Program-made: the position numbers and the translations under genes
The notes under the pieces: model-generated
What the model was told of the DNA's origin: nothing
Database searches by the model: none
What the model saw: only the letters and a program-made list of their open reading frames with translations
DNA from: Mobula hypostoma
Taxonomy: Eukaryota
Assembly: GCF_963921235.1 (NCBI RefSeq)
Contig: NC_086097.1
Location: 38,132,001 to 38,196,000 of the forward strand
DNA length: 64,000 nucleotides
Reading direction: 5' to 3'
Shown here: in pieces, positions 24,761-37,449 of the stretch
Layout of the letters: each line of letters starts with the position of its first letter
How positions within the stretch are numbered: the stretch's first letter is position 1

Positions 24761-27370
24761 AAGGTCGAGGGCTGGAGAAGAAAGAATCTGAAAGGAGGTG
24801 AGAGTGGACAATAGGAGAAGGGGAAGGAGACCCGGGGGGAAGTAATAGGCAAGTGCGAAGTAATAAAAGATCAGTGGTGAATAGTGGGGGTGGGGGGGCA
24901 GTTTTTGTTCACTGGAAGGAGAGATCGATATTCATGCCATCAGGTTGGATAGTACCAAAGTGGACTGTAAGGTGTTGCTCTTCTATGCTCTGTGGCCTGA
25001 TCTTGGCACAAGAGGAGGCCATGGATCGACACTTTGGAATGGGAATGTGAATCGGAATTAAAATGTTTGGCCACCAGGAAGTCCCGCTTGTGGTGGACGG
25101 TGCGCAGGTGCTCAACAAAGTGGCCCCTCAATTTACAACGGATCTCTCCAATACAGAGGCGGCCGAGTCGGGAGCACTGGCCACAATAGACAACCCCAGC
25201 AGACTTGTGGGTGAAGTGTTGCCTCACCTGGAAGGACTGCCTGGGGCTCTGAATGGAGGTGGTATATGGACAGATGAAGCACTTGGGCTGCTTGCCAGGA
25301 GGGAGATTAGTGTGGAGGGACGAATGGACAAGGGAGTTGTAGAAGGAGCGATGGCTGCAGAAAGTGGAGGGAGGGCTAGGTAAAGATACGCTTAGTGATG
25401 GGGTCATTGAGTCTCCATTTCTCCTTCCTGGTGACCAAACGTTTTAATTCCAATTCCCATTCCAATTCCAAATTGTTGAACCATGCCTCCTCTTGCGCCA
25501 AGATGAGGCCACACAGCATGGAGGAGCAACACCTTATATTCCGCTTTGGTGCCCTCCAGCCTGATGGCATGAATATCAATTTCCCCTTCGGCGAAAAAAT
25601 ATCCCTCCCCCCACCCCCACCTCCTCTAGTTCACCACTCTGATCTTTGGAGATGGCAGAAGTTGCGGAGGTTAATATGTTGGATGCGGAGGCTGATGGGG
25701 TGGTAGGTAGCTCAAGAGGGACTCTGTCACTATTAAGGTGGCGAGAAGATGGGATGCTCACAGATGTATGGGAAATGGAGATGATGTGGGTGAGTGCAGC
25801 ATCAATAGTGGAGGGAGGGAAACCCCGTTCTTTAAAGAGGGAGGACATCTTTGATGTTTTGGAAAGGAAAGCTGCATCCTAGGAACAGATCCGGCGAGAT
25901 GAAGAGCTGAGAAAAGGGAACAGTATTTTCACAGGAGACAGGGTGGGAAGAGGTATACAGTGGTCGAGATAGCTATGGGAATCACTAGGTTTATAAAAGA
26001 TGTCGGTTGACAGTTTGTCCCCAGAGTTGGAGACAAACAGATCAAGAAAGGGGAGGGAGGTGTCAGAGATGGTCCAAGTGAATTTAAGGGCAGGGTGGAA
26101 GTTAGAGGCAAAAGTTATTAAATGGATGAGCTCAGCATGGGTGCTTGAAGCAGCAACAATGCAGTTGTCATTGTTGTGGAGTAAGAGTTGGGAGTATGAC
26201 TGGGGAAGGTTTCAAACAGGCAGCATAGCTTGGGCCAAAGTGAGTACCCATGGCTACACTTCGGGTTTGGAGAAAGTGAGAGGAGCCAAAGGGAAAATTG
26301 TTAAGGGTGAGTTCGGAGGAGGGTGATGGTGGAGGGGGATTGGTTGGAGGCTGCCTTAGAGGACTTTTTGATGGAGGATAGAATTCTATAGGGACTGAAC
26401 GTCCATGGTAAAGATGAGGCGGTCAGGGCCAGGGAATTGAAAGTTACTGAGTTCGAGGGCATGAGCAGTGGCGTGGCTGTGGGTGGGAAGGGACTGGACC
26501 ATGGAATTGAAGTATGAGGACACAAATTCAGAGGTGCAGGAGTAGGCAGAGATAATAGGCCTACCCAGACAGTCTTGCTTGTGGAATTTGGGTAGGAGGA
26601 AGAAGCGAGCAGTGCAGGGTAAGGGAACTAAGTTTGCTGGCAGTGGTAGGTAGTTCCCCAGAGTGGACGAGGTCAATATTAGTGTCAGAAGTAGTCTCCT
26701 GATGGTGTGGAGTGGAGTATTCCTCAAGGGGTCAGTATGAGGAGGTGTCTGAGAGTTGTCGCCTGGCCTCAGCAAGGTGGAGGTCAGTGCGCACACTACA
26801 ACAGCACACCCTTTATCTGTGGGTTTGATGGTAAGGTTGGGATTAGTGCGGAGTGAGTGGAGGGCAGTGCGTTCAGAGGGTGTAAGGTTCGACGAAGAGA
26901 GAGGAGTGTTTAAATCGAGACAGTTGATATCTCGTCGGCAATTGAGATGAAAATATCTAAAACAGGCAGAGATTGGGGTGTCCAAGAAGAGGAGAGTTGC
27001 AGACGGAAGAAGGGGTCATCTGTGTGAGGTGTGGAATCCTTGACAAAGAAGTGGGCTTGGAGGCGGAGGCGTGGAAGAAGAATTCAGCATTGTGGTGGGT
27101 GCAGAACACACTGAGGTGTGGGCACAGGGGGACAAAGGTGAGGCCCTTACTGAAAACAGAACTTTCTGCCTCAGAGATGGGAAGGTCAGAGGGAATTGTG
27201 AAGACCCGGCATGGATGAGAGCTGGGATCAGGAGAGTTGTTAGTGTCTGAGGAAAAAGGAGGTTGGTGTGTTCAGGGAAGGTGAGGTGGGAGGAAGATGA
27301 GAAGACGAGGTTTCAGGGACCCAAGAGTTGACTGGGGGGATGGAGGGGGGGTCGGTCTGAATGACACGGG
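24761..27370 (-). mobile_element. Penelope-like element body (RT plus GIY-YIG endonuclease, Neptune-like), decayed
   Basis: RT: LTPSERTALHSLRTNPNLTIKPTDKG, LLPKFHK...GRPIIS, FTMDVQSL. Endonuclease: VVYC..C...CIGE....L..HF.EH...VAKHFN, preceded by a Cys-containing linker. Confidence 0.9.
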
Positions 27371-28463
27371 ACACAGGATTACACTTTTATGTTAACTGGT
27401 CCAGATATTTGACTTCTACCACCCAGGAAGATACAAGCAGCAAGTGCTATACTTTCCAGTTCAAGGTTCACCCCACACTGACAGGGAAATATGTGGCCTT
27501 TTGTTTTAATCATCATTAAGTTAGAGTTCTTACTGAACAAAACATACGTGGAAAGCAGTATTTCACAACTTACCCCCACTTCCTCAGGGGCGATCATAGA
27601 TGGTTAATAAATGCTGTCCTTGCCAATGATGATCAAGTCCAGTGAATGAAGCTTGACTTTTTCTCCTGAGGAAAGAAATTACATTTCTCTTCCTTTTCTC
27701 AACCATCTCCTGATCTTTGTATAACTTATAATTTTTCTGAGGAGATATTTTATATCTTTCTTCATTATTCCAAATAGTTTCCCAAAAGATTGGTTAATAA
27801 TATATTGTTAAATTTTGAGCATTTATCTTGTACTGGAGCTAATGCTTTTAGCAGGGAGAGAATTCTCACTCAGAGTTTAATATCCTACTTGTATCTACAT
27901 TATTCATGTACCAAGATAACTTGAATTATCTGGGATCTTCATGAAATTGTTTTTGTCCTTGCATTGTTTACAACCTTAATATAAAGTTAATTCCAAACCT
28001 CCTAAGATACAGGAACAATTTTTAGATAAGAATATCTAAACCTGCACAATATTTCAAATGTCAGTCAGTTAATATTGGATTAAAATAATTCATTTCTCCA
28101 CCAAACACCTCCAGAGACCCACCTAGTTGATGAAAATGTCACTTTGATTGGATACTGGCAATATTATTTCTAACAAAATAATATTTGTTAGTTGCTGACT
28201 CACACACTATTGATATTTCCCTCATATACTTTTCAATAGGCCATGTTACCAGTGGGTCACTGCCCTTTAAAGCTAAAAAAAAAATTTGCTTGTGCTCCTC
28301 GCTTACATGTACAGAAACTTTTCTTGAAGTTAATTTTAACCGCAAAACTTAATGCGATGGACAGTGGATCTAGAGCTCATGAGCCTGCTCTGTTGTCTGC
28401 TGCCAACACGAATGTTTTTATAACTGGATCTTCATCATTGTTAACAAAACACAAACAATGATG

Positions 28464-28710
28464 GGCCAGCAGGGTAGCACAGCGGTTAGTGTAATACTAT
28501 TACAGTGCTGGCGATCTAGGTTCAATTCTCCTGCTGTCTGTACGTAGTTTGACAATACTCCCTGTGACCTGTGTGGGTTTTCTTCAGGTGCTCCAGTTTC
28601 CTCCCACATCCCAAAGATGTATGAGTTCATTGGTTAATTGGTCACATGGGTGTAATTGAGCAGCACGGGGCCATTGAGCCAGAAAGGCCTTTTACTGTAT
28701 CTCTAAATAA
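28464..28710 (+). mobile_element. V-domain (HE1-like) tRNA-derived SINE
   Basis: A box tagcacagcgg, B box ggttcaattc, V-domain gggttttcttcaggtgctccagtttcctcccaca. Confidence 0.8.
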
Positions 28711-28945
28711 GAACAGTTTTAAAAAAAACATGCAATTTCTGAAGTTTACGTTACTTTATTTTTTTTGTAGACACAATATAATTTACAATGAAGACTGTAA
28801 AAGATTGCATTTAATCCTTTTTTTCCTTCATGCATTATAGTTAGAAATTAAACTTGCTTCACTCTTTATTTTTGCATTATCTTCTGGTAAAATTATGATC
28901 GCAGTGGATTTTTTTTTTCTGATTCATTTCCTTATTCCTTCGCAG

Positions 28946-29153
28946 TTATTGACCTGCTGTACTGGCGTGACATCAAGCAGACGGGAATTGTCTTTGGAAG
29001 TGTGCTCCTCCTCTTATTCTCACTGACTCAGTTCAGTGTTGTGAGTGTGATCGCCTACCTGGCACTTGCCGCCCTCTCAGCCACAATCAGCTTCAGAATT
29101 TATAAATCAGTGTTACAGGCTGTGCAGAAGACTGATGAAGGACATCCTTTTAA
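28946..29153 (+). CDS. RTN1: Reticulon-1 coding exon (first exon of the reticulon homology domain), 208 bp
   Basis: Pyrimidine tract and cgcag acceptor, aa|gtaagt donor. Translates [69 protein letters not shown], near-identical to vertebrate RTN1 as I recall it; 208 bp is the canonical reticulon exon size. Confidence 0.97.
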
Positions 29154-30107
29154 GTAAGTGTACAGTCCTTTCGTGTTTTCTGCCACCCCGGCTCCATTTG
29201 CCAATAATATTTTATCAGTTATGTCAAATGATAATGTTCTCTTAAAATTTCATATATTTTAATTTACCAAGACCCTTATCAGATTATTAACCTGAGAATA
29301 GTGGTGATAAGGTAATATCGGTACTGAAGTGAAGTTTGAAACTCTTTCTCATCTCATTCCAGAGTGGCTTGTGTTCTTTCAAAGGGGCTGCAACAGGATT
29401 GAATATTTTTGTTTATTTTGCTGTTTATGAATATATTGGTCATGATTCCTAATTCATTGTTTTTGTTTGTTGCTGAATGTTGCTAGGCTTCTTTCTTTTG
29501 GCAGGTTATACAGCTTCATAAAGTTGTAAAAGCTTTAATGTCATTTAAAACATCTAGAAATGCACAGAAACCCTGTTCAAACATTAGTATTTATTACCAT
29601 AGCTCTGCTTTATGAATCATTGCTGAGGTGAACAGTTGGGTTGGGTTGAGCAAGATCCGGGAGAGCAGATTGTTGCTGTACCATGTTGAGAACTTGACTA
29701 TCATTTAGGTGCTTGTGGAAGAGAAAATAAAATAAAACACAAACTCAGTATTTTTCAAAGATTGGTGTTAGAAGAAATAATACTGCAATAATCAATGTAA
29801 AATTGCGTGACTCAAATTTCAGTTTTGTGACTTTATTGTAGTTATAAATGACAAATAAGCATAGATTTAACTGGGAATTTACATGGAATGGTGCAGGATG
29901 TCACTGTTTTGATAAATGGTAAACTAAAATGAGTTATGGTGACACATGGGCTTAATGCATTTAATTATTGTTTGAGTTGCATAAGAAGATCTTGAGTTCT
30001 CAACAGTCTATGAAATAAATTTTCTCCATATCCTAGCACTAGAACTACTCTTCCCCCCCCACCTTTCATTTTTTTCTCTTAAATTAAGTCTATTTTTATA
30101 TTGTCAG

Positions 30108-30246
30108 AGCTTATTTGGATTTGGATACTACCCTGTCTGAAGAGCAGATTCAAAAGTATGCTGATTCTGCACTGGTGTACGTAAACAGTACGGTCAAAGA
30201 ACTGCGACGACTCTTTCTTGTGCAGGACCTGGTGGACTCTCTGAAA
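30108..30246 (+). CDS. RTN1: Reticulon-1 coding exon, 139 bp
   Basis: gtcag acceptor, gtaag donor, phase matches the previous exon. Translates AYLDLDTTLSEEQIQKYADSALVYVNSTVKELRRLFLVQDLVDSLK. Confidence 0.97.
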
Positions 30247-30914
30247 GTAAGAACAAAATAAATTCTTCTATTTTAGGACTCAAATAGGAAGACTTATTGA
30301 TTGTATTTCCTTTAAATCTTTAACTGGGAAAGAGGTTCGGTCCTACTGCTTTTATCATTGTGGAGCTGCAAATCTGTCTCTCAAATCAAATCAATGTTAA
30401 TTGTCATTCAAACCATACATAGATACAGCTGAATGAGGCTCTGGGGCCAAGGGGCAAAACATTCAAAATGGCAAGCTAACATTCAGAAATAGCAAGTAAT
30501 GTAATTCAAAATATGGAGCAAAGAAGCATATCACTCGGGGGGGGGGGGGGGGGAAGAAACAAAGTTCTCACCAAGAACTTCCTAGGTATTTTTTTCTGTC
30601 TGGATCTTCTATTTATTAGAATTTTAAACAGTGTTATCCTGAGCAAACTAAGTGAGTTATTCTCTTCTCTTTTGCTGTGGTATAATAATACTCATTTATT
30701 TATCCCAGGGTGTAAAGATCAGGAATTTGTATTCCCATCAAATCAATGGCCTCAATTCCTAAAGAATGAATGATTACTTGTGACTTTCAATATTGTTTCC
30801 ATTATCCAAATGATACCACTTCATGGCATAGCTGAAATACTTTGTGGGTAATCCTTGTGATGCAAAAAGAAACATATCAACTGAGTGGAATGCAAAAAAT
30901 ATTTTAATAATTAA

Positions 30915-31012
30915 GTCCTGACAAAGGGTCTCGGCCGGAAATGTCGATTGTACCTCTTCTTATAGATGCTGCCTGGCCTGCTGCGTTCACCAGCACTTTT
31001 TGTGTGTGTTGC
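30915..31012 (+). mobile_element. Penelope-terminus mini-element in an RTN1 intron, core mutated (CTGACAA)
   Basis: TSD ttaata(a/g)ttaa (30904-30914, 31013-31023); same body as the other copies. Confidence 0.85.
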
Positions 31013-33266
31013 TTAATAGTTAAATATTATATTGATTTTCTTTTCCTAATGTGACCGTTGAGGAAATTAATAAATTGATTACTCCAAAATTCAATAAAGA
31101 AAGAACAGTGTTCCCCTGCATATACTTTAAAGTGGAAGTTTTTTTGGCTGAAATTAATTTGGGATCTTCAATGTCAAAAGTAATGGAAAAAAAAACTATC
31201 TTGGCTCACATCTCCAGTTAGGTAAGACATCCAATTGCACTTAATAGGGTCAAGCAAAAATGTTACAGCAATCTACGTGAGGAGCTATAATACAAATCAT
31301 GATCAACTTTATTAAGGAGGTGATTTTAAGAAGAATATTAAAGATCGTAAAGAGCCTGAGAAGTTTGGACATGGAATCTTGATAATTAGAGAGATAATAA
31401 TTAGTTGTAGAATAGTTATCTTTGAAAATGCTCACGATTCTAGAATTACTCAGATATTTCAAAGCACTATAGAGCTGGAGGAGGTTATACAGATAAAACA
31501 TAGATGACGTGGACATGGGAAGATTTGAAAAGGAGAATGAAATTTTTTAAACCAAGGCTTTGCATAAATGGGAGCCAATGTACATCAGAAAGCAAAGTGT
31601 AGTGGTTAATGAAAACAAACCAGAACCGCTCAGTGACTAATCATGGGGTTTGACGCTGTTTGACACACTCTGAAGTTCAAAAGAGTATGTTCAACTCTTT
31701 ATTAAGAAACCAGCAATCTCTTGTAACGATACAAAAACTAATGAAACTAAAACTAGTGATATCACAAAATAAGCAGTCTAAGACTATTTAAGATTATCTA
31801 AGCATTCCAATTAGCGTTAAGCGGTCAACAAAAAAAAAATCATTCCAGCTGCCTGTCTGGTTCTACCTAGACTGAACTAACCCAAGACAGAGCATGAATA
31901 TGTAACCATACTCTTCACTTCTCCTTTGTCCAACCCACGTGACAAATTACCCATAATAAGCACACAACACAAAGTACAATACAGGTGAACAAAAAATGGA
32001 AACACAGCTCCTACAGTTTGGGTTGATGTGTGATGAGGGCAGCAGAACGGGGTTTGCAGTACATTGGAGGTGAAGATCATATGAGGGACCCTGCATCAGA
32101 TGAACTCAGAGCATGTAGAATTATAGAGATAACAATAGGGATGTTTCAGATTGTGTGGCTATGTGGTTGGAAATTCATTTAAGTTCATTAAGAAGAAATT
32201 TGGATATGATAGAAGAAATTAAAGTATTGTGATGCAGAAAGAAGTGGGAGTGTTGAATACAACTAGAAAAGAATGTATTCCGGAATTAAATGGGAGCAAG
32301 CTAATTGGACTAAGGAATGTAAAGATAGAATTAAAATGCATGAATGTTAAGGAAAAAAAATGCAGTGAATAAACTTAATGAGCAATGTGTCCAGATGGAA
32401 GATAAAATTATTTTCCTCAAGTTTCTGTTGAGCCTCATGGAACACACCAAAAAGCTACAGTCAAATCGATTAGAATGGGATGGAAAATTAAAGGGGACCA
32501 AGCTATAAAATAAGGGGCCAGTCATTTATAACCTTGATGCGTGGGAATTTCTTCTCTCAAAGGGCATTGAATTTGGAGGACTCTATCTCTGAGGGTGGTG
32601 GAGGCCAGATAATTAGAAATATTTAATGTGGAAATGGATAACTATTTGATACTTCAAGGAATTGATGATTATGTAGAACTTTGAGAGAATAGGGGTTGAG
32701 GCCTGCTGGCTATTAATATACAGATTAAACTCTAGGAAACAGGCCGTGCATTGAAGGACAGTCTATAAGACAGATAATCTACTTGAGTGTTTTCACAGTC
32801 TTAGTACAGAAAGGCATAAACAACAGCAGTATTTGTTTGAATGATCCACATACATTAGGAACAATTCCTATTGACAGTTCAAAATTTAACACAATGGGGC
32901 CTTGATGAATAAAGAGCAGCCTCTTTAAAAATGTTATAAACTATTTACTTTTTATGTTTCTGCTATCAAAGTATTTTTAAAGTTAAGAATGTATTTTACT
33001 CTATTCTATTGGAATGTAAAAGATCACCTTCAATTGAAACTACCACTGACATTGTGATGTTTTGAAACAGAATAAGCCCAAGGACAAAATATTAAAATAA
33101 GGAGCTAAGAAAGAATGGATATTCCATTTCTCTTATGTAAAATATACTGGAGCATATTAGGAAGAATAGTTGTGGTTTGGATAATGTGGAGCTGTTTTGC
33201 ATTGATTCTATTGTGTTTCTTTGTATCTACTGTGAATGCCTACAAAATTGGAACTCAGGGTAGTAT

Positions 33267-33613
33267 CATCATCATCATCAGGCGCTATGCCCAGTTTGAG
33301 CTGTGACTGCCATGGCCCACACACTCCTCTTTCGGGTCAAGTGGATCAACTCATTAGTATTCATTTCCAGTTCTCTGGCTGCTGTCTCCATCATCATTTG
33401 TCTTTGCCTTCCTCTTGCTTTCTTCCCTTCAATCTTTCCCATAATTACCATGCATTCTAACTCCTCTTTCCTAATCACATGTCCAATGAAGTTACGTTAC
33501 CTTTTCATCATCTCATACTTTATTTCTCCATTTGTGTTCGCTCTGTTCATGACATCCTCGTTAGATATTGGATTCGTCCATGATATTCTTTGCATCCTCC
33601 TCAAAAACCACAT
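33267..33613 (-). mobile_element. RTE-clade LINE 3' fragment with (GAT)n tail
   Basis: EMWFLRRMQRISW and GKIEGKKARGRQR motifs; TSD ctcaggg(t/c)agtat (33254-33266, 33614-33626). Confidence 0.85.
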
Positions 33614-33792
33614 CTCAGGGCAGTATATCGTGACATATACATTGATAGTACATTTACTTTGAACTTTCAATTTAAAGTGTGGCAGATACAACTCAGCAGA
33701 GAAAAAACTGATTGCAATGACTTGAGGATCAGCATGAATTCTATTTTTGATGCAGACTCACGTTCTCATATTCATTTTAATTTATTTTCAAG

Positions 33793-33862
33793 TTTGCAGT
33801 ACTGATGTGGCTACTGACCTATGTTGGAGCTATCTTCAATGGCTTGACTTTGATGATTATGG
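33793..33862 (+). CDS. RTN1: Reticulon-1 coding exon, 70 bp
   Basis: ttcaag acceptor, gtaatt donor. Translates FAVLMWLLTYVGAIFNGLTLMIM. Confidence 0.95.
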
Positions 33863-34654
33863 GTAATTATGTTCTTATATGAATATATTACAACAGTTAA
33901 TTCAGTAGTTTTGTTGCTCAACACATTGCTGAATAACCTAGCATTTGCCCCAGTGCTCTACTCATCTAGCAACCTTGTAGGTCTTGGTATTTCCATTTGA
34001 TGTCCCAGTGTTAAAATAACTGAATAGCAAAGTTAATCAGGGAGCAGAATGTGTATATAAAATGGAGTCAGGCACTCAGTCTCCTTGTCTCTGCCTGTTC
34101 TGTTTGACTTTTCGCTTTAATGGGTTTAAAGATTGATATCAATAACTAAGTGTTTAATTTCAAATATGTAAATCAGCTGTAATGAACTAAGCTATGGGAG
34201 GTTATTTCCCATGAATCTCAGGGGACTGTTTTATAACATCACGTACATGTGCAAATTTCCCCACAGTGGGAATCACCAACTGCAGGATGTCATTCGTAAC
34301 GTTCAAATAGCTCTGCTGGTGACTGCACAACCTATGGCCTTCTATCCAATAAGCACAATGGCTCTGTATGACTATCAAGCCAGATCAAGTAAATCCTGTT
34401 TTCTTTGCGGCCATCTTTGTGCTCTCATTCAAAATTAATAACACTGGGTCAGATTATTTAATTGCGAAGGAAGGCTGCCAAGGTGATCGCTATGAGATCT
34501 AAACCAAGCTATTCAGCCCTGGTTTTTGATCTCTTCAGTGGCCATGAGCAGCTAAGGAATGTGGGTAAACAGCCCCGTGTAGCTGTCAACAGTATCCCAT
34601 GTCCACCTGGTTGGCGGTAGACACTTGGCTCAGAATGAAATTGATCTGATGATT

Positions 34655-35310
34655 TCTAGAACATAGAGCAGTACAGCACAGAAACAGGCCCATCAGCCCA
34701 TGATCTTTGTGCTGACTGTAATGACAATTTAAACTCCACATTTATACCCCTCAGTTCCCTGCCTGTTCATGGGTTTGTCCAATGCCCCTTAAATGTCGTT
34801 GTTATGTCTGATTCCACCACTCCCCCTACCAGCACGCTCCTGGCATCTACAACTCTCTGTGTCTAAAATCTTGCCTTGTAAGAGTCTTTTCAACATCCCC
34901 CCCCCCTCCCAAAGCTATGCCCTGAGGATTTGATATTTCCACCCTGGGGAAATAAAGGCTCGCTCTATCCTATATTATCTATCAGGTCACTCCCTCAGTC
35001 TCCGATGCTCCAGATAAAACAATTCAAGTTTACCAACCACTCTTTATAGCTAAAACTCTCTAGTCCAGATAGCATTCTGGTGAATCTCTTCTGCACCCTC
35101 TCCAAAGCTTCTATGTGTAATATGGTGCTAGAAATGCACATGTCTCCAAATGAAGCCGACCCAAATATTTACATATCTGTAATGTGACTACCCAACTTTT
35201 ATACTCAAATCCCAACCAGTGAAGACAAGTATGCTGTATCCCTTCTTTGCCATCCTATCTACATTGTTGCCACTTCCAAAGAGCTATGGACTTGCACCCC
35301 AAGATCCTTT
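34655..35310 (-). mobile_element. Old CR1 3' fragment
   Basis: Starts with the CR1 tail agaacatagagcagtacagcacagaaacaggcc and is colinear with 3928-4620. Confidence 0.75.
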
Positions 35311-36529
35311 AGCATCTATCAGTATTTTTCATGTGCTACACTTCTACACCCACGTCTCAGCTTTGTAATGCCTGGATGAGATTGGTATAGTTTCTATGTG
35401 ATGATGGGATATGTTAGTAGTCTTAATCCAGGCAACCACTTTTATTCCACGTCCTTCTGGGAACCCTGAAATTCCCATAAAGGGATCTACTGAGAACAGA
35501 TTACCCTTGCATATTCCATTTCAATTGTAACACCAGGTTGATTAACAGAGAATGTTACAAAGTACTTAAATACACACTGGAAACACACTACTGCTGATCA
35601 ATGGATCACACACAGTGGTTTCAGAAAAGGCTATATGGTTGATCAATTATTTGTGGGGTTTTTTTTAGCACTGTATGCCCCGAGCACAGCTTGTAAACTC
35701 CTCTTGTACCCGAAATTTTGCCCGCCCTGGTGTCCTTGTGATCATTTACCATATACCTGGGCAGACCAATATATGATGCTCTGTTAATATGCCCATATCT
35801 TGTATTACACCCAGAATTTTAGATTCTCAGGATGCCCTATCAGTGCTCTCTGTGAGTATCAAGATGGTGCTCACAAGTGATAACTGTAAATTGTGTGTCC
35901 TGTCTGTTCTTGTTATTGAAGTCTTCCTTTCCTGTTACCATTTCTTGATGTATAGTTGAGTGAAGGGGATAAATACACTCAACTTCACTTGCCCCCATCA
36001 TCGAGGTGTTCTCACAACTTGTGCACACATTTTCAGGGACTCTTTATCTCATGTTCTTGATATTTATTGCTTATTTTGTTATTATTTTTTTCTGCTGTCC
36101 AATTTACATGACTACTTTATGAATCACTTCAGGATTAAGACCCTTCCTGGTGTGTCTACCTCAATGCCTGTATTTTAAATGTTGTATATTATTGGAAGTC
36201 CTTCAGCCTATTTCTTGCATGGTTATTCAGTTTTGGTTGGAAGAAGTTAACTAGAATACAATCAACAGTTTCTGAATGGGTGAAAGAAGAGGAAATGATG
36301 TATTGTTTTGCTTCACTTGAAGTCTCCCAGTCTTGCGTTCTTGTCATTAAGTTTTGTGATTACAGCTTGTCCTTCATATGCTGACTTACTCGTGCTTTTC
36401 AATTTTTCCATACCTTAAATTTTAGTAACGTATCTAGTGCTGTACAATTCCCATTTAGTTGGGTATAGTTATGTAAATGTGGTCAATCACCATTAATACA
36501 ACAATTAATTTGTTGATATTTCTTTCTAG

Positions 36530-36576
36530 CTGTTGTTTCTATGTTTACCTTGCCTGTTGTATATGAGAAATACCAG
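36530..36576 (+). CDS. RTN1: Reticulon-1 coding exon, 47 bp
   Basis: ttctag acceptor, gtaaat donor. Translates (A)VVSMFTLPVVYEKYQ. Confidence 0.95.
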
Positions 36577-36688
36577 GTAAATCTTTATTTATTTGCATAA
36601 ATGATCAAATCATCAGATTACCAAGTAAATTATTACATTAAAATCTGTGTATTTATTTTAATGAAATGTGTTTTATGTCTGTCTACAG

Positions 36689-36747
36689 GCACAAATTGAC
36701 CAGTATTTGGGACTGGTGAGGACTCACGTTAACTCTGTAGTGGCAAA
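36689..36747 (+). CDS. RTN1: Reticulon-1 coding exon, 59 bp
   Basis: ctacag acceptor after a 112-bp intron, gtaagt donor. Translates AQIDQYLGLVRTHVNSVVA(K). Confidence 0.95.
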
Positions 36748-36994
36748 GTAAGTTTGTCATTGCATTTGTATCCAAAATGAGAGGAAGCAGATTATCCTTC
36801 CTGTAACAGTTTGATAACATAAAATTGCAGATCTGCAATATTAACTTACAGAACTTGAAGCAATTTCAGCTAGTTACTTCAATACAGGAGAAAAGTCAGT
36901 CAGTCAAGTGCCTGAAGCTGCAATTCCTCTACATTTATGTTTGCAAGTAAAATAGGTTGAAGTGCGCATGGCAGAACAACAGGAGGATAAGAGC

Positions 36995-37270
36995 ACTGCA
37001 GTGGTACATCTGATAGAACTGCTGCCTTGCAGTGACACAGGTTCAGTCCTGACCCCTGGTGTTGTCAGTGTGGAGTTTCCACACTTCCCCTGTGACTGTG
37101 TGGGTTGGTTGGTTGATTGGTCTCTGTAAATTGCTCCTAGCAAATGGGAGATTCATGAGAAGGGGGTGGCAGGGTGGGGGAGGAGTAGAATAAAATTTGC
37201 TATTTGTGTTAATGAGTGCTTGATGGTCAATATGAACTTGATAGGCTGCTTCCTTTCTGTATAACTATAA
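36995..37270 (+). mobile_element. Degenerate tRNA-derived SINE (V-SINE-like)
   Basis: ggttcagtcctgacc B-box-like motif followed by gtgtggagtttccacacttcccctgtgactgtgtgggtt. Confidence 0.6.
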
Positions 37271-37449
37271 TAAACTGGAATTAAATGACAATACAGTGGA
37301 GAATGGAGTTATGAAATAAGATCAGAAAATGCTTAAAATGTTAAACCAGGTCAGGCAGCCTCTGTGGAGAGGAAGAACTGAGATGGAACAATTTCCTAGT
37401 GTCAAGTCACCAACCTGAAATATAACTTCTGTTATACTTTAACAGCATT

